A DNA stretch of 63,563 nt, filler included, from Folioceros fuciformis (taxonomy: Eukaryota), in NCBI GenBank assembly GCA_049999805.1. It is 23 parts of 23 records of this genome, joined end to end, with 100 filler letters (N's around TTAATTAATTAA, not from the genome) between each part and the next. Parts side by side here need not be neighbours in the genome. Positions count along the whole stretch, not along the records: positions 62,380 to 63,563 come from JBNGIO010000647.1; 22 more parts are not named here. One strand, written 5' to 3'. Below the pieces are notes generated by a model. It made no database searches and had not been told where the DNA came from. It worked only from the letters and a program-made list of their open reading frames with translations. Positions 62,380 to 63,563 of the stretch are shown one piece after another (positions within the stretch are counted from its first letter, which is position 1; every line of letters starts with the position of its first letter). Made by a program: the position numbers and the translations under genes.

Positions 62380-63520
62380 TATCCTTTCTGTGTAACAGAA
62401 TACCCAATGAAGACACACTTTTCTGCTTTTGGATCAAGCTTAGTCCGCAACTCATCCGGAATATGGACATAAGCAATGCAACCAAATACCTTTAAGTGTG
62501 ACAAGTCAGGTTTCTTCCTGTGAACTTCTCCTCCGGTGTTACACTGTGCACCGCTGCTGTGGGAGTTCTGTTCATGATGTACACTGCTGTGCTCACAGCT
62601 TCAGCCCAATAGTAGTGAGGCATCTTCTTCTCTGTCATCAATGCTCTCGCCACTTCTGCTATGTGCCTGTTCTTGCGCTCTGCAACTCCATTTTGTTGTG
62701 GCGTATAACGACATGAGTACTGTCGTTGAATGCCCTGTTCTGATAAGAATTTGCTGAACTCTCTGGAGAAGTACTCTCCCCCTCCATCAGATCTTAGGCA
62801 TTTGATGTGCCTACCTGTCTGCTTCTCAACCATTGCCTTGAAAGTATGAAAATGAGTGATCACTTCACTTTTTTCTTTCATGAAATAGACCCACACCTTC
62901 CTTGTGTGGTCGTCAATGAAGGTCACATAGTACTTGCAACCTCCGATTGATGCAGTCTGTGTAGGACCCCATACATCTGAATGCACAACATCCAACACAT
63001 ATCTGCTGACATGTTTGTCATGGGGGAACGCATTCCTAGGCTGTTTCCCAAGTTGACATGCTTCACATATACCTTGCAGTCCATTTTCTGTAAGCTTGGG
63101 TATGCCTGTGACAACCTTCTGATGCTGCATGGACTTCAACTTCTGCACATTTACATGTCCAATGCGTTTGTGCCACATCTCTAGGTCTGTCACTACCCTT
63201 GTACCCTTCGCAAACATGGCTGACTTCAGCTTAGGAACCTCCACGTTCAAGGTGAACATCCGTCCAACCTTCTGTCCTTGAGCAATCAGGCGACCGCCTT
63301 TCTTGCACTCTTCAACAAAGAGTCCTGCAGGTGTAAATCTAACCTGCAGTCCTTGCTCAACCATCTGCCCAACTGACACCAAGTTCTTTGTGATGTTGGG
63401 TACGTGAAGAACATCTACCAGGCACTTCACTTTGCCATCCTGCATCTTCAGAGGTACAGTTCCTGTATGCACAATTGCATGTGTTGTGTCATCTCCAGTT
63501 TCTACATATCCAGGTATACT
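62380..63520 (-). mobile_element. Ty1/copia protease end and integrase
   Basis: WHKRIGHVN, CEACQLGKQ, VHSDVWGP, RSDGGGEY, QQNGVAERKNR, YWAEAVSTA. Confidence 0.94.
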
Positions 63521-63563
63521 TGGAGGCTGGAGTCATCTATCCTATCCTAACTAGTGAGTGGGT

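Overview
This window is eukaryotic land-plant DNA, probably from a non-seed plant (inferred from the short introns and the retroelement types). It is not contiguous: 23 short contigs are joined by 22 artificial 100-nt linkers (N44-TTAATTAATTAA-N44). Most of it is decayed, nested LTR retrotransposons. These include many Ty1/copia copies (one nearly intact at about 24.2-30.4 kb), a chromodomain Ty3/gypsy element and non-chromovirus gypsy fragments. One host gene looks intact: an 11-exon MRS2/CorA-family Mg2+ transporter (minus strand, 55021-57537, 389 aa, one probable GC-AG intron). There are also pseudogene fragments of an ML-domain gene and of a DDX56/RH16 helicase, a Harbinger-like Myb/SANT ORF and several minisatellites. 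The most notable signal is a group of seven divergent copia elements sharing a gag signature ((F/L/V)K(E/D)KDRFxG...W, CNWC knuckle). Where the leader is visible, they carry a 0.7-1.2 kb cassette between the tRNA-Met PBS and gag. It encodes an extra protein ('ORF0') with an Arg-rich segment, Cys clusters and a C-terminal coiled coil, often with small satellite ORFs. This layout is atypical for copia and may be an accessory or anti-silencing module. That function is inference only and no database searches were run.
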